Source of the DNA: Leadbetterella byssophila
Lineage (GTDB): Bacteria > Bacteroidota > Bacteroidia > Cytophagales > Spirosomataceae
Direction of reading: 5' to 3'
Length of the DNA: 41,646 bases
Assembly: GCA_040394705.1 (NCBI GenBank)
Contig: JBEBRS010000001.1
Coordinates: forward strand, 1-41,646
Shown here: piece after piece, positions 17,332 through 26,359 of the stretch
Layout of the letters: each line of letters opens with the position of its first letter
How positions within the stretch are numbered: position 1 is the stretch's first letter
Position numbers and translations under genes: made by a program
The notes under the pieces: generated by a model
Told to the model about the DNA's origin: nothing
The model's database searches: none
What the model saw: the letters and a program-made list of their open reading frames with translations, nothing else

Positions 17332-17817
17332 CTATTTTTCTTTTTTATACAAAATGCATACCGCATGGGCTTCAAGACCTTCCTTCCGGCCCACAAAACC
17401 TACCGTTTCCGAAGTAGTGGCCTTAATGGAAACCGCATCTACTTCTATTCCCAGACAACCTGAAATTGCCCTTTTCATCTCCGGAATGTACTTCCCAATC
17501 TTCGGCTCTTCCAGAATCAATGTCGCATCCACATTACCTACCGCATAACCTTTGGCGTCAATCATTTTATTCACTTCCTCCAGAAAATAGATACTGGCCA
17601 TCCCCTTCCAGCGTGGGTCCGTATTTTTAAAATGAGTGCCGATATCACCCAGAGACAAAGCCCCCAAAAGGGCGTCACAAAGCGCATGCAGCAGCACATC
17701 CGCATCTGAATGACCCATAGATCCTACCTTGTGCGGAATCTTCACCCCTCCCACACTTAGCTCGTAGCCTGCGCTAAGCTGATGAACATCATACCCGTGT
17801 CCGATTCTGAATTGCAT
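17332..17817 (-). CDS. ispF: 2-C-methyl-D-erythritol 2,4-cyclodiphosphate synthase
   Basis: RIGHGYDVH, GHSDADVLLHA, GDIGTHF and KATTSE motifs. Confidence 0.97.
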   Translation of the reverse strand: MQFRIGHGYDVHQLSAGYELSVGGVKIPHKVGSMGHSDADVLLHALCDALLGALSLGDIGTHFKNTDPRWKGMASIYFLEEVNKMIDAKGYAVGNVDATLILEEPKIGKYIPEMKRAISGCLGIEVDAVSIKATTSETVGFVGRKEGLEAHAVCILYKKEK

Positions 17818-17836
17818 AATTTACATCTTTAAAAGC

Positions 17837-17854
17837 CAAAATTACGTAATTTTG
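17837..17854. promoter_or_regulatory. Back-to-back -7 boxes forming a perfect 18-bp palindrome
   Basis: CAAAATTACGTAATTTTG gives TAATTTTG on each strand, between divergent ispF and the M16 peptidase gene. Confidence 0.7.
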
Positions 17855-17871
17855 CACTTCAAAACCATGGT

Positions 17872-19113
17872 ATGACAGATTTCAATTGCTTTGAACTGCA
17901 GAATGGCCTGCGGGTATACGTACATGAGGACCCCAAAAGCCTGACCGCCGCCTTTAATCTATGTTACAATGTAGGCTCAAGAGATGAGCACCCCGACAAA
18001 ACCGGGTTTGCGCATCTGTTTGAACACCTCATGTTTGGCGGCTCCCGTCATATCCCCGCCTTTGATGAACCCCTCCAAAAAGCGGGAGGCAGTAACAATG
18101 CCTTCACTTCTCCCGACATCACCAATTACTATATTACCCTACCCTGTCAGAATATCGAAACTGCTTTCTGGCTGGAATCCGACCGCATGCTGGGCCTTTC
18201 CTTTGACCCTAAAGTACTCGAAGTTCAGAAAAATGTAGTCATAGAAGAATTTAAACAACGCTACCTGAATCAGCCTTACGGCGACCTCTGGCTGAAATTC
18301 AGGCCGCTGATCTATAAAAAACATCCCTACAGCTGGCCCACTATAGGCAAAGAAATCAGTCATATCCGAGAAGCTACCCTAGACGATGTGAAAGATTTTT
18401 TTTATCGCTATTACCTTCCGAATAATGCCGTACTGGCCGTTTCCGGCAATGTCACCACCTCCCAAATAGAACAACTTGCACGCAAATGGTTTGGCGATAT
18501 CCCCTCCGGGAAAATTCAACCCAAAAATTTCCCTTCCGAACCGGTGCAATCCGAAGCCCGCCACCTGTTCCACGAAGCCAATGTACCTGTAAAAACCCTT
18601 TACAAAGCCTTCCATACCCCCAGAAAGCACACGCGTGAACACTATGCACTTGACCTGTTTGGCGAAATTACCGGAAAAGGCAGATCTTCTCTCCTGTATC
18701 AGCAACTTGTAAAAGAAAATCAACTCTTTACCGGAATATCTGCCCAGAATATGGCATACCTGGACGGGGGCCTTTTCCTGATTAACGGCTCTGTAAACCC
18801 GGATGTATCTCTGGAAGAAGCCGATGCCGCTATAGAATCGTGCCTGGAAAACATACTACAAAACCCCGACTACCGGGAGAAACTGGATAAGGTCAAAACC
18901 CAGGTGGCTTCGCTCGACAAATTCAATGAAACCGAAATGCTTAACCGGGCCATGAAACTGGCTTTTGCCGCCAATGCAGGTGACGTTAACCTCGCCAATG
19001 AAGCCATCCTCCAATTGGAATCTATAGAACACAACGAAATGATACGTGCGGCAAGCTCGTTTCTCACAAAAGAAAATTGCAGTACAATGTTTTATTCCCC
19101 CCTTAGGGCGTAG
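17872..19113 (+). CDS. M16 (pitrilysin/MPP-like) zinc peptidase
   Basis: GFAHLFEHLMF inverted zincin motif, NAFTS, LESDRM. Confidence 0.93.
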   Translation: MTDFNCFELQNGLRVYVHEDPKSLTAAFNLCYNVGSRDEHPDKTGFAHLFEHLMFGGSRHIPAFDEPLQKAGGSNNAFTSPDITNYYITLPCQNIETAFWLESDRMLGLSFDPKVLEVQKNVVIEEFKQRYLNQPYGDLWLKFRPLIYKKHPYSWPTIGKEISHIREATLDDVKDFFYRYYLPNNAVLAVSGNVTTSQIEQLARKWFGDIPSGKIQPKNFPSEPVQSEARHLFHEANVPVKTLYKAFHTPRKHTREHYALDLFGEITGKGRSSLLYQQLVKENQLFTGISAQNMAYLDGGLFLINGSVNPDVSLEEADAAIESCLENILQNPDYREKLDKVKTQVASLDKFNETEMLNRAMKLAFAANAGDVNLANEAILQLESIEHNEMIRAASSFLTKENCSTMFYSPLRA

Positions 19114-19804
19114 TCACGGAAACAGGAATCACTTTACCATTATAGAACCGGGAAGCATTTACTGCAAAATCTGCTACATAGGCACCCATTTCAAAGGCCT
19201 GTACCGGACTTTGGTAGCCCGGGAAAGCCTCTTCCAGCATTTCGGTCTGTACAGACCCCAAGGCCAGGCAATTGACTTTGATTTTATGTTCGGCCAGTTC
19301 CAGAGCCATACACTCCGTCAAAATATGCAGGGCTGCTTTACTCGAAGAATAAGCTGCCAGGCCCGGAAACTTTACACTCCCCTGCACACCTCCCATGCTC
19401 CCGATATTCACGATATGTCCGCCCCGAAGCATCAATGGTACCAGTGCTTTGGAAAGTTTAAAATGAGTCACCACGTTTACATCCAGCATGCGGGCCAGAT
19501 CTTCAGCCGTAGTTTTCATAAAGGGTTTATTGACCAGCTGACCCGCGTTATTGATCAGAATATCCACCGTACCCAGCGATTTCAGCACAAAATCTTCCAG
19601 CAACTCTATATCATCGTGGGCAAGATCAAAACTGACGGGCAGCAAAGTACACTCCGGGTTCAGTCCCCGGGCTATTTCCAGTAACCTTTTCAGGTTTTCC
19701 CCGTTTCGGGAAACTGCTACTACCTTATGTTCCGTTTTCCGGATAAATTCCAGTACAATTTCGAAGCCCAGCCCACTGCCGGCTCCCGTTACTACAATAT
19801 TCAT
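19103..19804 (-). CDS. SDR-family oxidoreductase
   Basis: VTGAGSGLG, NNAG, NIGS and YSSSK motifs; ATG 19804 lies just after the phhA stop. Confidence 0.92.
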   Translation of the reverse strand: MNIVVTGAGSGLGFEIVLEFIRKTEHKVVAVSRNGENLKRLLEIARGLNPECTLLPVSFDLAHDDIELLEDFVLKSLGTVDILINNAGQLVNKPFMKTTAEDLARMLDVNVVTHFKLSKALVPLMLRGGHIVNIGSMGGVQGSVKFPGLAAYSSSKAALHILTECMALELAEHKIKVNCLALGSVQTEMLEEAFPGYQSPVQAFEMGAYVADFAVNASRFYNGKVIPVSVTTP

Positions 19805-19806
19805 AC

Positions 19807-21537
19807 TTACAATTCTCCTGAGCGGATCACCCGTAATCCGTCCCATATTAATTTAGCATACTCCGTTTTATTGTCCTTCAGAAAGTCGAGGTAAGCCTCC
19901 ACATCACGCGCCAGGTCTCCCCCGGCAATTTCCCGGATTTCCAGGGCGGCCAGCCAATCGTCAGGATATTCTTCTCTCAATATCCGGAAAATATCTGTCA
20001 AACTTCCCGAGCCACCTTCCCTTATCCTCCTGATCTCTCCGTAAATATCGTGCAATTTCAGCGTTTTTTCATCATACTCCAAGGTTTCCGTTTTTCGATT
20101 ACTCACATACTGCATCTCTTCCCAGGCCGATTTGTCAGAAGGGCCGTTAAAAACACTCACAATCTTCTCTCCTACAGCCATGTCGTACCTGCCCCACTCC
20201 GGCATAAATAAAATTTTACCTTCCGGATCCCGCACCGTACACCCTCTGAAACTTAGCATCAGCAACTTCCCGTCCCGAAAAACAGACGACTCCAACACCC
20301 CTTCCACCGCAATCCCGCTTTCAAACTCCAATTCACACACCTCACCCGTTTCTATGCCGCGGCTAAGCAATTCTTCCGGAGAAAACTCTTCCAAAATGGC
20401 ACCACCTTCTTTCAAGCGGCCTACCGGCGAAGAAAACCCGTCGGCATGATAAGTCCGGGAGTGCCCCTCCAGTTCTTTTCCTTTATACGCCAGCGCCGAA
20501 GAACCTTCTGTTCGAAGAAACGACAGTTCTCCCCTATCTACGCGGTAAGTGGTAAAAATACCACTTACTTCCAGGCCCGAAGAATACCTGACGGTAGCCA
20601 CATTCTCTGAATCTACCGCTTTCTTAAGCCCGGCTTCTCCTCCGGTCCGAAAAGCCATTGTATCCGCAAAACCCTCCAGAACTTCCATTAGGTTAGCAAA
20701 ATCAGGAGTCACAAACAACTGAGGCTGAGGCCGCGTGATATCAAAGGGATAATTTACTGCGTCCGCAGTATACCAGAGTTTAGGCACATCCTCCTGCATA
20801 CAAGTGCTGCTCTCCCCTATAGAAGACAGCAGCCCGGCTCCGTATATCCGGGGGGCTTCCAGGGTGCCTATTAAACCATACTCCACTGTCCACCAATGCA
20901 GCCGACTGAGCAGGGCCATTTCAGAAGGCTCCCCCATATTCTCCGAAATCAGCCTTAGCGCTTCTTCGGCGTCCGCAATCTGCTCAAGAGCCGTACCGGG
21001 TGTTTCCTTTAAGATACTTAACCGGCGAATGGCTTCATACAACTCAAAATCTTTCGCCGAAAACATGGCTTTTGCACCGATACTGCCAAAATAGCTCAGG
21101 TAATGATTGTATTCGGGTTCCACAATAATGGGCGCGTGTCCGGCACTCTCATGAATAATATCGGGTGCCGGAGTGTACTCAATATGCTCCAACTGACGTA
21201 TGTCTGCCGCTATCACCAATACCCGGTATTGCTGATATTCCATAAAGGCCGAAGGAGGAATGAAGCCGTCTACCGTTACCGCCCCCCACCCAATCTGCCC
21301 GAGGTGATCATTGATGGTCTGCAAGTCGGGGATACGTTCAATACTCAGACCCGCCTGCTCCAGTCCGCGGATATAAGGGTAATAGGCCACATGTTTCAGG
21401 TAACTGTAATTCTGGCGCATCACATAGCGCCACACCGCCTGATTTATCCACGTATATTTTTCATAGTGCTGATCTACCACGTACTGACGAAGATGCCGGG
21501 GAAGATTTGCTACCTGTTTATTATTAAAGGTATTCAT
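19807..21537 (-). CDS. phhA: Aromatic amino acid (phenylalanine-4-) hydroxylase, long form
   Basis: YTPAPDIIHESAGH, WWTVEYGL and YGAGLLSS motifs plus a C-terminal extension of roughly 280 aa. Confidence 0.88.
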   Translation of the reverse strand: MNTFNNKQVANLPRHLRQYVVDQHYEKYTWINQAVWRYVMRQNYSYLKHVAYYPYIRGLEQAGLSIERIPDLQTINDHLGQIGWGAVTVDGFIPPSAFMEYQQYRVLVIAADIRQLEHIEYTPAPDIIHESAGHAPIIVEPEYNHYLSYFGSIGAKAMFSAKDFELYEAIRRLSILKETPGTALEQIADAEEALRLISENMGEPSEMALLSRLHWWTVEYGLIGTLEAPRIYGAGLLSSIGESSTCMQEDVPKLWYTADAVNYPFDITRPQPQLFVTPDFANLMEVLEGFADTMAFRTGGEAGLKKAVDSENVATVRYSSGLEVSGIFTTYRVDRGELSFLRTEGSSALAYKGKELEGHSRTYHADGFSSPVGRLKEGGAILEEFSPEELLSRGIETGEVCELEFESGIAVEGVLESSVFRDGKLLMLSFRGCTVRDPEGKILFMPEWGRYDMAVGEKIVSVFNGPSDKSAWEEMQYVSNRKTETLEYDEKTLKLHDIYGEIRRIREGGSGSLTDIFRILREEYPDDWLAALEIREIAGGDLARDVEAYLDFLKDNKTEYAKLIWDGLRVIRSGEL

Positions 21538-21660
21538 AAGGCCAATTTAGTACAATTAATTGTTAAAACAAATAATACAATTGATTATTTCTTTTCGAAA
21601 AAAATCATCCTTTATCCTCAAAAATTCTTTTACTTTGTAACGAAACACAATGGAACCCGT

Positions 21661-21909
21661 ATGGCCATGAGATTTTACTTTATTAGATTTACCTGGATAG
21701 CCTTTATTCTACTGGGGCTATATCTCATCCTGGATGACTTTAACGATACCTTCCAAACCGTTATCTATGCACTATGGATTTTAATAGGTATCGTATATTA
21801 TCTTTTTTCCAAAGATAACTTCCGGCATTTTTGGCTTTCTCTGGTGGTTGCTCTGGCTACAGTGGGCATCATACTATACTATTTCTATTTCAAGAACTGG
21901 ATACTGTAA
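21661..21909 (+). CDS. Small 3-TM hypothetical membrane protein (about 82 aa)
   Basis: Hydrophobic, aromatic-rich 3' part of the 21103-21909 ORF; ATG at 21661 or 21667. Confidence 0.55.
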   Translation: MAMRFYFIRFTWIAFILLGLYLILDDFNDTFQTVIYALWILIGIVYYLFSKDNFRHFWLSLVVALATVGIILYYFYFKNWIL

Positions 21910-21957
21910 GGCAGACAATTATACTTTTGCTGGAAATCAGCCCCATACAAATTAAAT

Positions 21958-22002
21958 AAGGAAAAATATCCTTTTACATCCGGAAAAATATCCTTATATT
22001 TA
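21958..22002 (+). promoter_or_regulatory. Tandem operator and degenerate -7 box upstream of the TA pair
   Basis: GGAAAAATATCCTT at 21960-73 and 21982-95; TATATTTA at 21995-22002. Confidence 0.65.
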
Positions 22003-22024
22003 CACCCACAAAACAAAGTCCCCA

Positions 22025-22450
22025 ATGAAACCTGTAGAATACAAAGATATTGCTCGTGATCTACCTATGGTAAATGAATCTGCTGCCATGTATCATTATA
22101 CCACAAAGATGAACATTGGCACCAGCTATATCAAGGTGCTTGACAAAGTGGTCACGCTTACCGATGACGTCATTTCGAGATGGCTGAATATCACTCCCCG
22201 TACGTTCAGGAACTACAAGACCAAAGACGTGCTGCTTAAAGACAACACCCGGGAACACGTAGTTTTTTTACTGTCGCTTTACAAACACGGCATCGAGGTC
22301 TTCGAATCCAAAGACAAGTTTGAAAAATGGCTCATGCAAGAAAACTTCTTCTTAGATCAAAAGGCCCCCATGGATTTCCTCGAAACCATTTCGGGTATCC
22401 GGCTTATTGATGGCAGGCTAACGGCTATGGAATTTGGAGAAAATGCCTGA
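22025..22450 (+). CDS. Xre/MbcA/ParS-type antitoxin
   Basis: HTH WLNITPRTFRNY, EVFESKDKFEKWL and PMDFLETISG; directly upstream of a RES toxin. Confidence 0.88.
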   Translation: MKPVEYKDIARDLPMVNESAAMYHYTTKMNIGTSYIKVLDKVVTLTDDVISRWLNITPRTFRNYKTKDVLLKDNTREHVVFLLSLYKHGIEVFESKDKFEKWLMQENFFLDQKAPMDFLETISGIRLIDGRLTAMEFGENA

Positions 22451-22898
22451 ATTTTTGGTTTACAATATTCGGAAAGCAAAATACGCACATTCCCTGATAG
22501 CTTCGGGAGCGGCAAATCGATGGAACAGGGAGCAGGAATACGTTATTTATACCGGAAGTTCAAGGGCCCTGTCCGCACTTGAACTCGTGGTACACCGGTC
22601 ATCCATAGATTTAGGAACCACCTATACGTTATTGGTCATAGCTATAAATGCCGAAGAAAGTGACATTCAAACCGTAGGAGATTTACGGGGCGATTGGCAT
22701 AGCCTGGAAAATTACAATACTTTGCAAGCCACAGGCTCCCGCTGGTATCAGGCCAGGGAGAAACTCTTACTGAGAGTACCCTCCGCTATTATTCCTAAGG
22801 AGTTTAATTACCTGATCAATACTTCACATCCTGACTTCCTCACCAAAGTCCGAATATTGGAAAAGGAAGATTTCACCTGGGACAAGCGACTGATGTAA
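22443..22898 (+). CDS. RES-domain toxin (NAD+-consuming family)
   Basis: NRWN, YTGSSRALSALE, VPSAII, NYLINTSHPDF and DKRL motifs; overlaps the antitoxin stop. Confidence 0.9.
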   Translation: MPEFLVYNIRKAKYAHSLIASGAANRWNREQEYVIYTGSSRALSALELVVHRSSIDLGTTYTLLVIAINAEESDIQTVGDLRGDWHSLENYNTLQATGSRWYQAREKLLLRVPSAIIPKEFNYLINTSHPDFLTKVRILEKEDFTWDKRLM

Positions 22899-22981
22899 CC
22901 CCAGACAGGCCGCTCTGCTATTTTTCCTCTGGCCAAAGAGAGCTGCTTTTACCTCAAGATACCCTTATAGCCTTTCCGGCC

Positions 22982-24502
22982 TTATCCACCTGATCCGTCT
23001 TTCGGCTCTACCAGCAGCGTTTTTTCCCTTTCCACGATAACCTGTCCGGGCGCCAGATTTTTCGCCTTTCGTACGTATTTTTTCTGGGTATAAATCACCG
23101 TCACCAGCTGTTCTGACTTCCGTTTGGAATACGCAGCCGCCAGCGATGCCGCGTATTCCAGCGTCTCCATTGACGGCTTGGGATCTTTGACCACCACGTG
23201 TGAACCGGGAGTGTCGCGGGCATGCAGCCACCAGTCATCCTTATGCGCATAGCGCGTCAACAAAAGATCATTGTTTTTGGCGTTGCGTCCCACCCAGATT
23301 TTAATGCCTTTGTACACGTATTCTTTAAAGGGAAAATCGTCTTTCGTATCCGCAGACAGGGAAGTCTCGCCCTTGAACATGTTGCGCAACTGCCTTACAT
23401 CTTCCGTTGCTTCCACTTCCTCCAGCTTTTCTACCAAACGCATCAGCTTATTTTCTGCCGCAAGGAGATTCCGCTCCGCAGTTTCGGTTTCTATTCTTTC
23501 GTTCTTGCTCTTCCTATAATACGCCTCCGCATTTTTCTGTAATGAAAGCTCCTTTTTTAGCTTAATTTTGATAGGTTCATTGGTATAAAAGTTATACAAC
23601 TCTACTTCCGTATCCCCTTCCCTGACCGCGTGCAGATTGGCCATCAGAATATTCCCGATTTCGTCATTTTTCACCCCGGATACCAACGCTTCCAATTTAT
23701 TCTGTGTAGTTGTAATGTAGCTTCGGGTTTTGGCAATCTCTTTCAGGAGCTTCGCGCTCAGCCCTGCTTTCAGGCGGTCGGTAGCCGTTACTTTCTGGTA
23801 AAGCCCTACAAAAGTGCGAAGGGCCGAAACAGCATCCGGCTGTTCTTCCCCTTCCAAAAGCGATAATTTAGGAACCAACCCTCTCTGATCAATATAAAAC
23901 CGGGGATTTTCAAGATAGGCAAGGAACGTAAACAGTTTCTCCCACTTTTCGGAAACCGTCAGGCCATCTAATCGCCGATCCACCGCCTCAAACAGGTCTT
24001 TCCCAAAAGTAAAAAACTGTTTCCGGTAATTCCCGTCCAGACTTTGGAAAGTAGCAAAGTCCGCTTTAAGCCCGCGGTCAAAATCCTGAAGCTTCAGGTT
24101 TTTATCGGTCAATAACCTGTTATTAAACATGGCCACCATCACATCCTCCTTGTAAACCAGAAGATTCGGACGGTTCCCAAACAGTTTAATAACCAATGTA
24201 TAATCTACCCCTATCGCTATTCTAACCGCCCGTTCATTTTGAAATGTCTCGATTTCCCCCACTTCCTCCCCGTAAAGCTCCTCCCACAACGATACTGAGT
24301 TTTTCCGCGCCCTGCTGAAGTCGTCGACCACAGTAAGGGCCGAAAAATCAGGTTTGAGGATACATTTCAGGTACAAATTATTGGAAAACCCCAGCACCAC
24401 TTCATCCTTTTCCTGAGAAAAACAAGTCAGAAGCCGTGTTCCCCTCCAAAGTGTGTCAAGCTCTGCGGACAGTTTCCTAAGAAAGAAATAATTATTGTGC
24501 AT
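22982..24502 (-). CDS. NFACT/RqcH-like RNA-binding protein
   Basis: FSQEKDE, NERA, KNAEAYYRKSK coiled coil, and C-terminal NFACT-R GRNAKNND/WLHARDTPGSHVV. Confidence 0.88.
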   Translation of the reverse strand: MHNNYFFLRKLSAELDTLWRGTRLLTCFSQEKDEVVLGFSNNLYLKCILKPDFSALTVVDDFSRARKNSVSLWEELYGEEVGEIETFQNERAVRIAIGVDYTLVIKLFGNRPNLLVYKEDVMVAMFNNRLLTDKNLKLQDFDRGLKADFATFQSLDGNYRKQFFTFGKDLFEAVDRRLDGLTVSEKWEKLFTFLAYLENPRFYIDQRGLVPKLSLLEGEEQPDAVSALRTFVGLYQKVTATDRLKAGLSAKLLKEIAKTRSYITTTQNKLEALVSGVKNDEIGNILMANLHAVREGDTEVELYNFYTNEPIKIKLKKELSLQKNAEAYYRKSKNERIETETAERNLLAAENKLMRLVEKLEEVEATEDVRQLRNMFKGETSLSADTKDDFPFKEYVYKGIKIWVGRNAKNNDLLLTRYAHKDDWWLHARDTPGSHVVVKDPKPSMETLEYAASLAAAYSKRKSEQLVTVIYTQKKYVRKAKNLAPGQVIVEREKTLLVEPKDGSGG

Positions 24503-25400
24503 AACTCATCGCGCCTTCTTTCAGCGCATAGTTGGAAATCTTGATCTTTTTTATCCCAAAAGCCTGCAAGAGAAACTTAATCAATACCATTGCCCCTACA
24601 ATCATGTCCACACGCAGTTCCTTCATGCCCGGAATCTGCATTCTCTCTTCCCGCGTACTAAACACCAATTGTTCGTATGCACGGCCAAATTCATCCAGGG
24701 GATAGTCAAATCCCGCTACTTCTTCCGGTGGAAAATGGCCCGTGGTACGGCAATAATACATGTCGTTTAACGTATCAAAACTACCGCTGGACCCCACCAG
24801 CACTACGGGCCGGTACTGATGAATAGCGTTCGTTAAAGGAAGCAGCACCTCTCTGAAATATTGTTCCATTTTGTCTGTTTCCGACGGCGGTAAAGGATCT
24901 TTCTTGATAAACCGCTCCAGCAGCCTTTGTCCGCCGATTTCAAAACTCCGCATCCACAACACCTTATCTGCGTCACAGATAATAAACTCCACGCTCCCTC
25001 CTCCAATGTCCACAATCATGGAAGGCTCTTCTATCCGTACAGCCTTTTTTACACCCGCGTAAATCAGAGACGCTTCTTTCTCCCCGTCGATCACCTGTAC
25101 CGAAATCCCTGCTTCCTCCCTGAACCGGGCCAATACTTCCTCCCGGTTGGCCGCCGACCGTAACGCCGAGGTGCCGAAGGCAAAAACGTTTTCATCCTGT
25201 ACGTTAAATTCATCCAGTTTTTGCCGGAAAGTCCGGAGTACCGCCACGCTTCTTTCTATTCCTTCCGGAGTGATCAGCCCCTGGTTAATGCCCCCCATCC
25301 CCATTTTGGTGGCAAGAGACTGTTTAAACAAAACCTGATCATGGTCAAAAATTAAGAGGTGAAATGTATTGGTTCCCAGATCCACTATGCCCGAAATCAT
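24492..25400 (-). CDS. ppx: Ppx/GppA-family exopolyphosphatase
   Basis: DLGTNTFHL, TSALRSAAN, IDGEKEA, DIGGGSVE and ALKEG motifs. Confidence 0.9.
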   Translation of the reverse strand: MISGIVDLGTNTFHLLIFDHDQVLFKQSLATKMGMGGINQGLITPEGIERSVAVLRTFRQKLDEFNVQDENVFAFGTSALRSAANREEVLARFREEAGISVQVIDGEKEASLIYAGVKKAVRIEEPSMIVDIGGGSVEFIICDADKVLWMRSFEIGGQRLLERFIKKDPLPPSETDKMEQYFREVLLPLTNAIHQYRPVVLVGSSGSFDTLNDMYYCRTTGHFPPEEVAGFDYPLDEFGRAYEQLVFSTREERMQIPGMKELRVDMIVGAMVLIKFLLQAFGIKKIKISNYALKEGAMSYAQ

Positions 25401-25422
25401 ATTTCCTTTCGTTGATTATGTA

Positions 25423-25444
25423 TATATTTGCATTGCCAAAAGTA
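25423..25444. promoter_or_regulatory. Face-to-face -7 boxes for tauE (+) and ppx (-)
   Basis: TATATTTG on + at 25423-30; TACTTTTG on - at 25437-44. Confidence 0.6.
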
Positions 25445-25549
25445 ACGCATAATAGCGCACCTGCGGCACAACACCATCGAATAAGACATGAATTTCCTAT
25501 TTTATGGCCCGCCGGCGGGCCTGTCATCTTTTTTATTACCCCCAGCACC

Positions 25550-26359
25550 ATGGAAATCGTAGGATACATCATTGCTATAGCTATAGGGGTGTCTCTGGGA
25601 ATGATCGGCGGCGGAGGTTCTATTCTCACCATCCCCCTGCTGGTCTATATTTTTGGAGTGGATCCCGTACTAGCCACACTCTATTCTTTGTTTATTGTGG
25701 GTTCTACCAGCCTCATTGGCGGTATACCGAAATATATCCAGGGGCTCGTCCATCTCAAAACAGCACTTTGGTTCGGTATTCCTTCCATTTTTTCGGTGCT
25801 GCTTACCCGAGCGTTTATTTCCCCCGCAATACCCCAACAGATCTTACGGATCGGCAATTTCCACCTGACCAAACCGGTCTTTCTGATGCTGCTTTTTTCC
25901 TCCCTCATGATTGGCGCTTCCCTCTCCATGATCAAGGGGGAAAGGGTGAAAGTCCCCAGGAGAAAAAAATCCGACTATAAAATTACCCTGATCATCCTGG
26001 AAGGGGTTTTGGTAGGTTTGCTGACCGGCCTGGTAGGGGCTGGCGGGGGCTTCCTGATTATTCCCGCCTTAATCATGTTCGGAAGGTTACCCATGAAAAC
26101 GGCCGTGGGTACCTCCCTGATTATTATCGCCGCCAATTCCACTATCGGCTTCCTTGGCGGCCTGGCCCATCACCGAAACGAAATTGACTGGAAATTCATG
26201 ATTATCCTTACGCTTCTCGCCATCTCAGGTATATTCATCGGACATCGTATTTCAAAAAAATGGGACGGAGAGAAGCTGAAAAAAAACTTTGGCCGCATTA
26301 TTTTGGTTTTAGGTATAGCCATCCTCCTCAATGAGGGGATCAAGATTATAAAATGGTAA
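25550..26359 (+). CDS. TauE/SafE-family sulfite/sulfur-compound exporter
   Basis: LGMIGGGGSILTIP and GLVGAGGGFLIIP repeats, AVGTSL; ATG 25550. Confidence 0.9.
   Translation: MEIVGYIIAIAIGVSLGMIGGGGSILTIPLLVYIFGVDPVLATLYSLFIVGSTSLIGGIPKYIQGLVHLKTALWFGIPSIFSVLLTRAFISPAIPQQILRIGNFHLTKPVFLMLLFSSLMIGASLSMIKGERVKVPRRKKSDYKITLIILEGVLVGLLTGLVGAGGGFLIIPALIMFGRLPMKTAVGTSLIIIAANSTIGFLGGLAHHRNEIDWKFMIILTLLAISGIFIGHRISKKWDGEKLKKNFGRIILVLGIAILLNEGIKIIKW

Noticed and set aside
21103-21660. 5' part of the 268-aa ORF 21103-21909
   Set aside because: Antisense to phhA and crosses AT-rich intergenic DNA; only the last 82 or so codons look like a real protein
25364-25549. N-terminal extension of TauE
   Set aside because: Overlaps the ppx start and both promoter boxes; family-like sequence begins at ATG 25550
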